The position numbers and the translations under genes were made by a program. A stretch of 64,000 nucleotides of DNA from an uncultured Alphaproteobacteria bacterium (lineage in GTDB: Bacteria > Pseudomonadota > Alphaproteobacteria > Parvibaculales > Parvibaculaceae): assembly GCA_963696585.1 (NCBI GenBank), contig CAVOKW010000035.1:77682-141681 (forward strand). The letters are read 5' to 3'. The notes under the pieces are model-generated. The model saw only the letters and a list, made by a program, of their open reading frames with translations. It made no database searches and was not told the origin of the DNA. Shown here piece after piece: positions 18,957 through 28,290 of the stretch. Position 1 is the stretch's first letter, and every line of letters starts with the position of its first letter.

Positions 18957-19670
18957 TCACAATAGTTTCAGGGCCCTGAAGCTCGCATGTCGGCCCTTGC
19001 CGATGATGAGATGGTCGTGCAGCTCGATGCCCAGGGGCCTGGCCGTGGCGGCGATGCGCTGCGTCATGTCGATATCGGCGGCGGAAGGGGTCGGGTCGCC
19101 GGAGGGATGGTTGTGGACGAGGATCAGGGCCGAGGCATTGAGTTCGAGGGCGCGCTTGACGACTTCACGCGGATAGACGGGCGTGTGATCGACCGTGCCT
19201 TTTTGCTGGATTTCGTCGGCGATCAGCACGTTCTTGCGATCCAGAAACAGGATGCGGAATTGTTCGGTGGTGTTATGCGCCATGGCGGCAGAGCAATAAT
19301 CGAGGAGTGCCGTCCAGGAACCGAGCACTTCCTTGCGCAGCACATTGGCGCGTGACAGGCGCAAGCCGGCTTCGCGAGCGATGCGAAACTCGGCGATGAT
19401 GCTCTCGCTCACGCCGGCCACTTCCCGGAGGCGCGCGGCTTCTGCATTCAGAACTTCGGAGAAGCCGCCAAAATGCGCGATGAGCGCCTTGGCGAGTGGT
19501 TTGACATCGCGGCGTGGCACGGCGCGAAAAAGGATGAGTTCAAGCAGTTCATAATCGGGCAGGGCTTCAGGCGCGCTCAGAAAACGGGCGCGAAGACGCT
19601 CGCGATGGCCCTCATAATGCGGCTTGGCGTCATGCGGCTTGGCGTCATGCGGCTTGGCGCTATCGGCCAT
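18957..19670 (-). CDS. radC: RadC/JAB-domain protein
   Basis: [36 protein letters not shown]. Confidence 0.96.
   Translation of the reverse strand: MADSAKPHDAKPHDAKPHYEGHRERLRARFLSAPEALPDYELLELILFRAVPRRDVKPLAKALIAHFGGFSEVLNAEAARLREVAGVSESIIAEFRIAREAGLRLSRANVLRKEVLGSWTALLDYCSAAMAHNTTEQFRILFLDRKNVLIADEIQQKGTVDHTPVYPREVVKRALELNASALILVHNHPSGDPTPSAADIDMTQRIAATARPLGIELHDHLIIGKGRHASFRALKLL
19617..19659. repeat. 15-bp in-frame tandem repeat (AKPHD x~3) in radC 5' end
   Basis: ATGCGGCTTGGCGTC repeated. Confidence 0.9.
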
Positions 19671-19680
19671 GAGCGTGCGG

Positions 19681-20505
19681 TCAGGCTGAATAGGGCGGGA
19701 AATCAAGCCCGGCAGGCGATTTGGTGAATATCTCGCAGCCATCCGCCGTCACGCCAATCGAATGCTCGAACTGGGCGGAGAGCGAGCGATCACGGGTCAC
19801 GGCCGTCCACCCGTCAGCAAGGATCTTGACGCCCGGCTTGCCGACATTGATCATCGGCTCGATGGTGAAGAACATGCCCTGCTTGAGCTGGATGCCTTCG
19901 CCCTTGCGGCCATAATGGAGGATGTTCGGCATATCGTGAAAGACGCGGCCAAGGCCATGGCCGCAGAACTCGCGAACGACGGAACAGCGCTCGCCTTCGG
20001 CATAGTCCTGAATGGCGGCCCCGATGTCGCCCAGCGTTGCGCCGGGACGCACGACGCCAATGCCGCGCATCATGGCTTCATAGGTAACTTCGACGAGGCG
20101 CGAGGCTTTGCGCGGCACATCGCCCACATGATACATGCGGTTGGTGTCGCCATGCCAGCCATCCTTGATGAGGGTCACGTCGACATTCACGATATCGCCT
20201 TCGCGCAGACTGCGATCGGACGGAATGCCATGGCAGACAACATGGTTGATCGAGGTGCAGCAGGATTTGGTGAAGCCACGATAGTTCAGCGGCGCCGGAT
20301 AGGTGCCATGGTCGAGCGCGAACGCATAAACGAGCTTGTCGATATGCTCGGTTGTGACGCCGGGCTTGATCACGGGCACGAGCATGTCGAGCGCCTCGGC
20401 GGCGAGCTTGCCGACGGCGCGCATGCCTTCAAAGGCGGCCGCGTCATGCAGCTTGACCGCGCCAGTATTGCGTGTCGGGGCGTCGAAGGCGTCAATATAG
20501 TTCAT
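19681..20505 (-). CDS. map: Type I methionine aminopeptidase
   Basis: [41 protein letters not shown]. Confidence 0.98.
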   Translation of the reverse strand: MNYIDAFDAPTRNTGAVKLHDAAAFEGMRAVGKLAAEALDMLVPVIKPGVTTEHIDKLVYAFALDHGTYPAPLNYRGFTKSCCTSINHVVCHGIPSDRSLREGDIVNVDVTLIKDGWHGDTNRMYHVGDVPRKASRLVEVTYEAMMRGIGVVRPGATLGDIGAAIQDYAEGERCSVVREFCGHGLGRVFHDMPNILHYGRKGEGIQLKQGMFFTIEPMINVGKPGVKILADGWTAVTRDRSLSAQFEHSIGVTADGCEIFTKSPAGLDFPPYSA

Positions 20506-20735
20506 GATGGCTCAAAGATGGGGGCTGTGGCCCTGAATGACAAGGTTCGGCCAGTATAAGGCCATCTCGCGCTTGAGCCTAGCGGTAAGGATTGAAGAAT
20601 TTCCCGCCAAAACGTGTGGTTGAGCGCTTTTCGCGGGCGCTGGTTTCAGGTCACAATGTGGAGCGCCGGGGCTGTCTCAGGGGGGCATTGCCCTATATGA
20701 AGAAGCAACTCATAACTGATGCCGGGGAAGTTGCC

Positions 20736-21518
20736 ATGACTGATATCGCTGCCGATGCGTCTGCCGGGCTTGTGACAGCCTGCGTGCTGCTGATTGGTGA
20801 CGAGATCCTGTCCGGTCGCACACGCGATTCCAACCTCAGTTACATCGCCAGGCATCTTGGACAGATCGGCATTCAGGTGCGCGAGGCGCGCGTCATTCCC
20901 GATGTGGAAGCGACCATTGTGTCGGTGCTGAACGAGGTGCGCGCCAAATATGATTATGTCTTCACGACGGGCGGAATCGGCCCGACCCATGATGACATCA
21001 CGGCCGATTGCGTGGCCAAGGCGTTTGGCGTGCCCATCGGACCGCATCCTGAAGCGATGCGCATTCTGGCGGCGCATTATGAAACATCGGGCGGCGAATT
21101 CACGCCGTCACGTCAGCGCATGGCGCGTATCCCCGAGGGCGGCAGCCTGATTTTCAATCCCGTGAGCAAGGCGCCCGGCTTTCAGATCGGCAATGTCTTT
21201 GTCATGGCGGGCGTGCCCATGGTCATGCAGGTGATGATGGACAGTCTGAGCCCGCGCCTGAAGGGCGGGGCGGTGATGCTGAGCCGCACGGTGAGCGGCC
21301 AGATCGGTGAGGGCACGATTGCCGAAAGGCTGGGGAACCTGCAGATGCGCTATTCGCAGGTGAGCATCGGTTCCTATCCTTATTATCGTGGCACGGCCTA
21401 TGGCACGAGCCTGGTCATGCGCTCGACCGATTCTGAAATGCTGGGCAAGGTGGCTCAGGAAGCCGCTGACTTGATCCGAAGCTTCGGGGTTGAGCCCGTG
21501 GAGGGGGAACCGGCGTGA
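20736..21518 (+). CDS. CinA-like molybdopterin-binding protein
   Basis: IGDEILSGRTRDSN, TTGGIGPTHDDIT, MAGVP. Confidence 0.92.
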   Translation: MTDIAADASAGLVTACVLLIGDEILSGRTRDSNLSYIARHLGQIGIQVREARVIPDVEATIVSVLNEVRAKYDYVFTTGGIGPTHDDITADCVAKAFGVPIGPHPEAMRILAAHYETSGGEFTPSRQRMARIPEGGSLIFNPVSKAPGFQIGNVFVMAGVPMVMQVMMDSLSPRLKGGAVMLSRTVSGQIGEGTIAERLGNLQMRYSQVSIGSYPYYRGTAYGTSLVMRSTDSEMLGKVAQEAADLIRSFGVEPVEGEPA

Positions 21519-21769
21519 TGCAATTTGGCGGATTTCGGCCAGATTGTCGCTATTCGGCAACATTTTAAGGGACATTACAAAAGTTTCAGCCGACAGACGG
21601 GACTGAACCGTTACAATGCTGTCTGAACCGATTAGAGTTCAATGACAAGGCTGCCGACCTGCCCAGACTTCTCTGATCGGGGCGCTCAGGCGGAGGGGAC
21701 ACAGGCCCAAACCAAATATAGGGTCTGGCAACAAGTTCAGGGTCACGCGAACCCGGAGGGAGAAACGAA

Positions 21770-22021
21770 ATGAAGAAGTCCATTGGCATTATGGGTCTGG
21801 CTTTTGGCGCCGCAATGATGGTGTCGGGTTCGGCCATGGCTCTCGACTCCAGCTTCGACGCGATGTCGAAGTCGGGCACACATCAGTTCTATGTCTGGTG
21901 CACAGGCGGCGCGAGCAGCGTGAAAACCGCTGACGGCGCGAACGCCAAGGAAGCTCAGGCAACGCTCGCCGCCGCCGCTGGCAACACATGCTGGCCGGTG
22001 TGGCAGGGCCTTTCGAAATAA
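21770..22021 (+). CDS. Small secreted protein (83 aa), unknown function
   Basis: GGAG RBS, signal peptide ending SAMA, two Cys, own terminator. Confidence 0.75.
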   Translation: MKKSIGIMGLAFGAAMMVSGSAMALDSSFDAMSKSGTHQFYVWCTGGASSVKTADGANAKEAQATLAAAAGNTCWPVWQGLSK

Positions 22022-22074
22022 GCTGCCCTTTCGGCAGCCATGGTGAAGCGGCGGTCCCTCGGGGCCGCCGTTTT
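22022..22074 (+). terminator. Hairpins/terminator after small secreted protein
   Basis: GCTGCC-cttt-cGGCAGC and GCGGCGGTCCC-tc-GGGGCCGCCGT-TTT. Confidence 0.6.
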
Positions 22075-22148
22075 GCTTTGGAGCGTTGCGCCGAATCCGC
22101 TGAGCGGGCATATCTGGGTCGCGTTCATGGCGCTCGACAAGCGCTCAG

Positions 22149-22235
22149 GGCCCCTTGGCGAAACTGGTATACGCAGCAGACTTAAAATCTGCTTCTCGCA
22201 AGGGAGTGCGGGTTCGAGTCCCGCAGGGGCCACCA
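22149..22235 (+). tRNA. tRNA-Leu(UAA)
   Basis: Acceptor GGCCCCT/AGGGGCC, anticodon arm GCAGA-CTTAAAA-TCTGC, long variable arm, GGTTCGAGTCCC, encoded CCA. Confidence 0.97.
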
Positions 22236-22338
22236 TTTTCCGCGCAGGGCTTGGCGCATGGGCAAGATTTTCAGCATCGGCTTTCACAAGACCGGCACGA
22301 CGTCGCTGGCGGCGGCTCAGGCGCCCCGAGGCACGGGA

Positions 22339-22587
22339 TCAGGCGGGCTGCCTGGCTTTGTAGAGGGCGCCCGCCGGGACGGTTTCGTCGCCATGCAGCG
22401 AGGCGTCGTACTTGTAAAGCGTTGAGCAATAAGGGCAGATGATTTCGCTGTCACGACCCATGTCGAGATAAATATGGGGGTGGTCGTGAGGCGGGGTGGC
22501 CCCCATGCACTCAAATTCCTTCACGGCAATGCGGATTTCACGTGCGCCGGCGTCATTCTGGAATTGGGGGGTGCCCTGGGCGTGCAT
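22339..22587 (-). CDS. zf-CHCC-type zinc-finger protein
   Basis: CMGATPPHDHPHIYLDM...CPYC. Confidence 0.9.
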   Translation of the reverse strand: MHAQGTPQFQNDAGAREIRIAVKEFECMGATPPHDHPHIYLDMGRDSEIICPYCSTLYKYDASLHGDETVPAGALYKARQPA

Positions 22588-22803
22588 GGGTCTCTTCTCC
22601 GCGACAGCTTATGGAACGTCTGGCCCGACAAGCGCCGGATGGCGCGAAATTAGCCCGGTTGGCGGCTGATTTATAGCCCCCGATCATTGCAAAAACCGGC
22701 GCTTATGAGGATGGTCGGACGAGGCTATTTCGTCCATAATGAAAAAAGGGTCCGCTCATATTGTCCTGAACAATAGATGTGCGGCGTGTCGGGAGGGTTA
22801 TCG

Positions 22804-24243
22804 ATGTCGTCCAACGGGCCGCAAGAGCGGGCACCGCTGCCTTTTTCCACCATTTTTTTCTATGCTTTTCCGGCGGTCCCCATTTCTGCCATGGGCCTGC
22901 CGCTGGTTGTGCATTTGCCGCCCTTCTATGCCGGGCCAATGGGGCTCGGGCTGACGCTGGTCGGCACGATATTCATGCTGGCCCGTTTCTGGGACGTCTT
23001 CACCGATCCGATCATCGGCATTCTCTCTGACAAATATGAGACGCGCTGGGGACGTCGGCGTCACTGGATCGTCGCTTCGGTGCCGATCATGCTGATTTCC
23101 GTGGTCATGGTTTTCATGCCCATGTCTGATGCCGTCACGGGCGGCTATCTCATATTCTGGCTCTTCTTCCTCTATGTCGGCTGGACGCTGCTCACGATCT
23201 CGCACATGTCCTGGGGCGCGGAACTGACGCCCGACTATCATGAACGGACCCGGGTACAGAGTGCGCGTGAAGTGTGCCTCATTCTCGGCATGGTTTTCGT
23301 TCTGATGCTACCTGCCATCATCGAAGCCATGCATCCGGAAAATGTCGCGGCGGCGCGCATCGCCTCCATGGGATGGTTCGTGCTCATCCTGCTGCCAATC
23401 GCCGTGTTTCTGGCCGTGTGGAAAGTGCCGGAGCACAAGACACCGCGCCCGCAACATGTGCCCTTCCGTCAGGCTGTCGCCGTGCTGGTGGGCAATCTCC
23501 CGTTACGCCGTGTGCTGATTGCCGATCTGGTGCTCGGCATTTCCGGCGGCACGATTGCGAGCCTCTTCCTGTTTGTGGCGGAGGATTCTCTCCAGCTCGG
23601 CAAGTTTGCGAGCCTTGGCCTGCTGCTCTATTTCATTTCGGGCGTTGCGTTTGTGCCGGTCGTTTTGCGGGTCAGCCGCATGGTCGGCAAGCATCGCGCG
23701 GCGGCCCTCTCCTCGCTGTTCAACACCATCACGGTGCCGATCATCCTGCTCATTCCGGCAGGCAGTATTCCTTATGCCGCTGGCGTCATGATCCTGCTCG
23801 GTCTCAACATGGCGGCGTCGCCCTTCCTGTTCCGCTCGATGATGGCGGATGTCGCCGATCAGGATGCCGTGGATACCGGCCAGAGGCGCACCGGACTGTT
23901 CTTTGCCATGCTCGCCATGACCAACAAGTTCGGCGCGGCGATTGCGATCGGTCTTTCCTACATGATGCTTGATATGGTGGGGTTTGTGCCGGGAGGCGAG
24001 AACTCGCAAGCCGCGCTTGACGGGTTGCGGGCAGTCTATGTCTGGCCGACTTTCTTCATTGGCTTCATTGTTGCCTATGTCGTCTGGAACTTTCCGCTGG
24101 ATGAAGCCAGACAGAAGATCAATCGCGCCATTCTGGAAGAGCGTGAACGGCACATATCGACACTCGATGTTGCGGCGGCGGCGATTGAAACACGCACGCT
24201 CACCCCCTCCGATCCGCAATCGACGGGCGCAGCCGCCGACTGA
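22804..24243 (+). CDS. MFS transporter, GPH/MFS_2 family
   Basis: ARFWDVFTDPIIGILSD..TRWGRRRHW, WGAELTPDYHERT; about 12 TMs. Confidence 0.92.
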   Translation: MSSNGPQERAPLPFSTIFFYAFPAVPISAMGLPLVVHLPPFYAGPMGLGLTLVGTIFMLARFWDVFTDPIIGILSDKYETRWGRRRHWIVASVPIMLISVVMVFMPMSDAVTGGYLIFWLFFLYVGWTLLTISHMSWGAELTPDYHERTRVQSAREVCLILGMVFVLMLPAIIEAMHPENVAAARIASMGWFVLILLPIAVFLAVWKVPEHKTPRPQHVPFRQAVAVLVGNLPLRRVLIADLVLGISGGTIASLFLFVAEDSLQLGKFASLGLLLYFISGVAFVPVVLRVSRMVGKHRAAALSSLFNTITVPIILLIPAGSIPYAAGVMILLGLNMAASPFLFRSMMADVADQDAVDTGQRRTGLFFAMLAMTNKFGAAIAIGLSYMMLDMVGFVPGGENSQAALDGLRAVYVWPTFFIGFIVAYVVWNFPLDEARQKINRAILEERERHISTLDVAAAAIETRTLTPSDPQSTGAAAD

Positions 24244-24255
24244 GAAAGTCCTGAC

Positions 24256-25011
24256 ATGGCGACATTTGAACGTGACGGTGTGACGATCGCCTATGATGTC
24301 CTGGGCGAGGGCAAGCCCGTTCTTCTGCTGCATGGCTTTGCTTCGACCCGCATCGATAACTGGCGGCGCACGGGCTGGTATGACGCCCTGCTCAAATCGG
24401 GACGTCAGGTGATCGCGATGGACCTTCGCGGTCATGGCGAGAGCAGCCGGTCGCATGATCCGGCCTGTTATGGCATGGACGCCCATGTGGCGGATGTGAT
24501 TGCGCTTCTCGATCATCTGAAGATTGATCGTTGCGAAGTCATCGGCTTTTCCATGGGGGCGGGCATTGCCATGCGGCTGGCGGCGGCGCATGGGGATCGC
24601 GTCAAGCTCCTGGTGCTGATCGGCGTGGGGGGCGCATCACTCAAGCGCAGCAGCAATGGCGATGCGCTGGCCAAGGCCTTGCGGGCGGAAAGTGCTGACG
24701 CCATTGAACACGAGATGGCGCGCGGTTTCTGGCTTTATGCCGAAAAGCTGGAGCAGGACCGCGAAGCGCTTGCGGCTTTCGTGCGCGCACCACGTGAGGC
24801 CCATGAAATTGTCGATATTGTCGCCGGCATCAAGACCGAGACGCTGGTTGTGGCCGGGTCACGCGATGATCTGGCGGGGAACCCTGCCGAATTGGCGGCG
24901 CTGATGCCAGACGCGCGTTCTGAAATCGTGCCTGGTGCTGACCACATGTTCGTGCTGCCTCATCCTGTGCTCAAGGGCATTGTCATGGATTTTCTTGAAG
25001 GCATCTTCTGA
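24256..25011 (+). CDS. Alpha/beta hydrolase
   Basis: LLHGFAS, DLRGHGES, GFSMGA, DHM. Confidence 0.92.
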   Translation: MATFERDGVTIAYDVLGEGKPVLLLHGFASTRIDNWRRTGWYDALLKSGRQVIAMDLRGHGESSRSHDPACYGMDAHVADVIALLDHLKIDRCEVIGFSMGAGIAMRLAAAHGDRVKLLVLIGVGGASLKRSSNGDALAKALRAESADAIEHEMARGFWLYAEKLEQDREALAAFVRAPREAHEIVDIVAGIKTETLVVAGSRDDLAGNPAELAALMPDARSEIVPGADHMFVLPHPVLKGIVMDFLEGIF

Positions 25012-25069
25012 CCGGTTGGGTTGCGTTGCTTGAGACGCTAGACTGCTGCGTGATTTGCAGGAGCGCGCC

Positions 25070-25816
25070 TTGAATTATTTTGTCTCTGACGGATTGAAAC
25101 TGGCCTGCACGATGGAAGGCAAGGGCACGCCAATCATGCTGGTGCATGGCTTTGGCTCGACCCATCGCGCCAACTGGATTGAAACGGGCTGGACGCGGGC
25201 ACTGATCGATGCAGGCTTCCGTGTGATCATGGCCGACGGGCGCGGCCACGGGGCAAGTGACAAGCCACATGATCCGGCTGATTATGCGCTGGAGGCGATG
25301 GCGGAAGATGTGATCGCATTGCTCGATCATATTGGCGAGCCGGGTGTTGATATCATGGGCTATTCGATGGGGGCGATGGTGACGCTGGTTGCGCTTGCCC
25401 TGCATCCCGAGCGCTTTGATCGTGCGATTGCCGCCGGTGTCGGTGAAAATCTGTTGCTCGCGCCGCGCGGGGCGGATGCCGTTGTGGCGGCGATGCAGGC
25501 GGGGCGCGCTGAAGATATTGCCGATCCCGAGGCTCGTCTCTATCGCCTGTTTGCCGATCAGAATGGTCAGGACCGCGTCGCGCTGGCCGCCTGTTTCCAG
25601 ACCCTGCGCCAACCTTATCCTGTCGAGCTGCTTGGCAAGATCACGCGCCCCGTGCTCGTTGTCGCCGGTGAAAATGACCCCGTTGGCGCGCCATCCGCCC
25701 TGGCGGCGCGTATTCCCGGCGCGACGTCGCATGTGGTGCCAAAGCGCGACCACATGCGAACTGTTGGCGACAAGGATTACAAGGCCGCCGTGTTGAAGTT
25801 TCTGGAAACCTATTAG
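25070..25816 (+). CDS. Alpha/beta hydrolase (tandem paralog)
   Basis: LVHGFGS, DGRGHGAS, GYSMGA, DHM; TTG start after AGGAG. Confidence 0.9.
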   Translation: MNYFVSDGLKLACTMEGKGTPIMLVHGFGSTHRANWIETGWTRALIDAGFRVIMADGRGHGASDKPHDPADYALEAMAEDVIALLDHIGEPGVDIMGYSMGAMVTLVALALHPERFDRAIAAGVGENLLLAPRGADAVVAAMQAGRAEDIADPEARLYRLFADQNGQDRVALAACFQTLRQPYPVELLGKITRPVLVVAGENDPVGAPSALAARIPGATSHVVPKRDHMRTVGDKDYKAAVLKFLETY

Positions 25817-25912
25817 CGGGCGGTCAGCGGCGCAAAGCCGGGATGCATCCCGGCATCCGTGATCAGCGTTTCACCGGTGATGTGTTCGCCGCACCTGATC
25901 TTTCAGTGACAT
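25813..25912 (-). pseudogene. SDR oxidoreductase remnant with large internal deletion
   Basis: GGGAG RBS + MSLKDQV joined out of frame to GEHITGETLITDAGMHPGFAPLTAR*. Confidence 0.75.
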
Positions 25913-25971
25913 GATCTTCTCCCTGCCGGACCCGCGGGGGTTGCTCGTTCCTGTCTGGGGAGAGACGAACC

Positions 25972-26304
25972 TTATTCGGGTGGGTTTCGGAAGGCGGCGA
26001 GGATCAGCCGGTCAGCAAAACGATTGGCCTGTTCGTCATCCGACGGGAGCTCGATACAGACCAGATGCCTTTCGATATGGCGCAGGGCGTGGCCCCGCGC
26101 AAAACCGACACCCGGCACGTCAAGCGCCAGTGCCGCCCCCGCCGCTGGCAGGGGCGAGGCTTCGACGATGGCGCCAGCCGGTGACATTTCATGGATCAGG
26201 CATTCGGCATCGACACCTGAAAAGACGATGCGACCTTCAATGCGCGTTCCGATGCGGCGAAAACGGCGACGTTCGGCGGGACGGGGGGGTTCTGGGATAT
26301 TCAC
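25972..26304 (-). CDS. PilZ-domain protein
   Basis: ERRRFRR (RxxxR) and HEMSPAGA (D/NxSxxG-like). Confidence 0.82.
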   Translation of the reverse strand: MNIPEPPRPAERRRFRRIGTRIEGRIVFSGVDAECLIHEMSPAGAIVEASPLPAAGAALALDVPGVGFARGHALRHIERHLVCIELPSDDEQANRFADRLILAAFRNPPE

Positions 26305-26388
26305 GCGGCGCTCCGTTCTGGACGAGGGAGCGTAACGTCTGGAGTCATTCCAAATCCTTTCTGGCCAAACCTTCGTCGCGGCTATGGT

Positions 26389-27183
26389 CTATTTTCCGTT
26401 AAAGACAGGTCGGCGTTTGGCCATGAAGGCGGCGCGACCTTCCTTATAGTCGTCGCTGGCAAAGCAGGCGGTCGCCAGACGATCGCAAAGCGCGGCATCG
26501 AAGTTTTCAGCCGGTTTCACGCATTCGTCGACGATGCGCTTTTCGGTGGCGATCGTCATGGGCGCGTTTTCCGCAATCATGGCGCAGGTGTCGCGCGTCA
26601 GGGTTTCCAGCGCCTCGCGACTCGTTACGCGATTGATGAGGCCCATGGCGAGAGCTTCTTCATGGGTGAAGCGGCGCGCGGTGAAAAAGATTTCCTTGGC
26701 ATAAGCGGGGCCGACAATATTGACGAGGCGTTTTGTTCCCATGGGCGGATAGGCAAGGCCGAGCTTGGCCGCCGGAATGCCGAAGGTCGATCCTTGCGAG
26801 GCGATGCGCATGTCGCAGGAGAGTGCGATGCCAAGCCCGCCGCCGATGCAATAGCCATCGATCATGGCGATGGTCGGCAGCTTCGACGCGGCGATACAAT
26901 CAAAGGCGGCGCTGGTTGCGTTTTCATAGGCATCAACGCCCTCGACCGATGAGCGTGATTTTTCAAACTGGGAAATATCGGCGCCCGCCACAAAAGCCTT
27001 GTCGCCCGCACCTTTGAGCACGATGACGCGAATGGCCGGGTCTTCATGCAGATATTGCATGATCGAGGGAACCGCCTCCCACATTTCCATGCTGACCGCG
27101 TTCATGCGCTCGGGATTGTTGAAAATCATCCAGCCGATGGCGCCGTCTTTCTCGACGATCATCTTGTCGGTGAGCCTGGGCAT
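26389..27183 (-). CDS. Enoyl-CoA hydratase/isomerase
   Basis: AFVAGADIS, GYCIGGGLGIALSCDMR, DYKEGRAAFMAKR; AGGAG RBS. Confidence 0.95.
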   Translation of the reverse strand: MPRLTDKMIVEKDGAIGWMIFNNPERMNAVSMEMWEAVPSIMQYLHEDPAIRVIVLKGAGDKAFVAGADISQFEKSRSSVEGVDAYENATSAAFDCIAASKLPTIAMIDGYCIGGGLGIALSCDMRIASQGSTFGIPAAKLGLAYPPMGTKRLVNIVGPAYAKEIFFTARRFTHEEALAMGLINRVTSREALETLTRDTCAMIAENAPMTIATEKRIVDECVKPAENFDAALCDRLATACFASDDYKEGRAAFMAKRRPVFNGK

Positions 27184-27239
27184 GGGAACTCCTGGGAAAT
27201 CAGACTGGTATATTGTTGCCGCAATATTCTTCACTGTCA

Positions 27240-28124
27240 TGCCCGGACGAGCCGGACCATGACGATTTTTCAAAGGCACACTGGCCCTCACCCCCTCATC
27301 CTCGCCGGACCTTCGGTCCGTCTCTCCCTCTCCCCTGAGGGGAGAGGGCAAGCGTGTCGACGGCAGGCGTGCGCGCGATTTTCTGGCCGTTCACGCCGAG
27401 CGCATCAAAGCGCATCTGGTCCATGCCGTCATATTTGCCGCCGTAGATGAGCGTCGGGCCTTTAATCCCCCCAGCATCTTACAAGTGTCATGCCCGGACT
27501 TGATCCGGGCATCCAGAGACGCAAATTCAAAAGCGGTCGCTCTGGATTGCCGGGTCAAGCCCGGCAATGACAACTGAATTTTGTGCCTCTTAATGGCGGG
27601 CGGATGACAGCAGAAGACGGGGATGGCCCGGACAAGCCGGGCCATGACGATTTTTCAAAGGCACACTGGCCCTCACCCCCTCACCCTCGCCGGACCTTCG
27701 GTCCGTCTCTCCCTCTCCCCTGAGGGGAGAGGGCAAGCGTGTCGACGGCAGGCGTGCGCGCGATTTTCTGGCCGTTCACGCCGAGCGCATCAAAGCGCAT
27801 CTGGTCCATGCCGTCATATTTGCCGCCGTAGATGAGCGTCGGGCCCTTAATCCCCCCAGCATCTTACAAGTGTCATGCCCGGACTTGATCCGGGCATCCA
27901 GAGACGCAAATTCAAAAGCGGTCGCTCTGGATTGCCGGGTCAAGCCCGGCAATGACAACTGAATTTTGTGCCTCTTAATGGCGGGCGGATGACAGCAGAA
28001 GACGGGGATGGCCCGGACAAGCCGGACCATGACGATTTTTCAAAGGCACACTGGCCCTCACCCCCTCATCCTCGCCGGACCTTCGGTCCGTCTCTCCCTC
28101 TCCCCTGAGGGGAGAGGGCAAGCG
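27240..28124. repeat. Tandem repeat of a 385-bp REP-mosaic unit (~2.3 copies)
   Basis: Same sequence at 27251, 27636 and 28021; unit holds a CCCTCACCC/GGGAGAGGG element, a gene fragment and a GTCAT doublet. Confidence 0.95.
27347..27421 (-). pseudogene. Sulfatase N-terminal fragment inside the 385-bp unit (second copy +385)
   Basis: Translates DQMRFDALGVNGQKIARTPAVDTLA, matching the sulfatase DQxRxDxLGxxG...TPxxDxLA motif. Confidence 0.7.
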
Positions 28125-28290
28125 AGCCATGCGAGCGCGGGTGACGGGCGCCGGAGGTCAGTTCTCCTGTTGAACTCGCCCTGGGGCAGCCTATATGTTA
28201 AACCGATCTCAAGGTCGGGCATGGTTTGCTCGATCGGGGAAGGCTGAAGGCCGGTTGGGCAGGTGCCCCTCGGGTCCGGAGGAGCGGTTC

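Noticed and set aside
21600-21770. Riboswitch upstream of the small secreted protein (and upstream of cysE, 28150-28290)
   Set aside because: No recognisable c-di-GMP, SAM or other aptamer consensus
22149-22235. Genomic island integrated at tRNA-Leu
   Set aside because: No integrase and no duplicated tRNA 3' end seen in the window; downstream genes look native
27240-28124. IS element or CRISPR
   Set aside because: No transposase, terminal inverted repeats or unique spacers; plain tandem amplification
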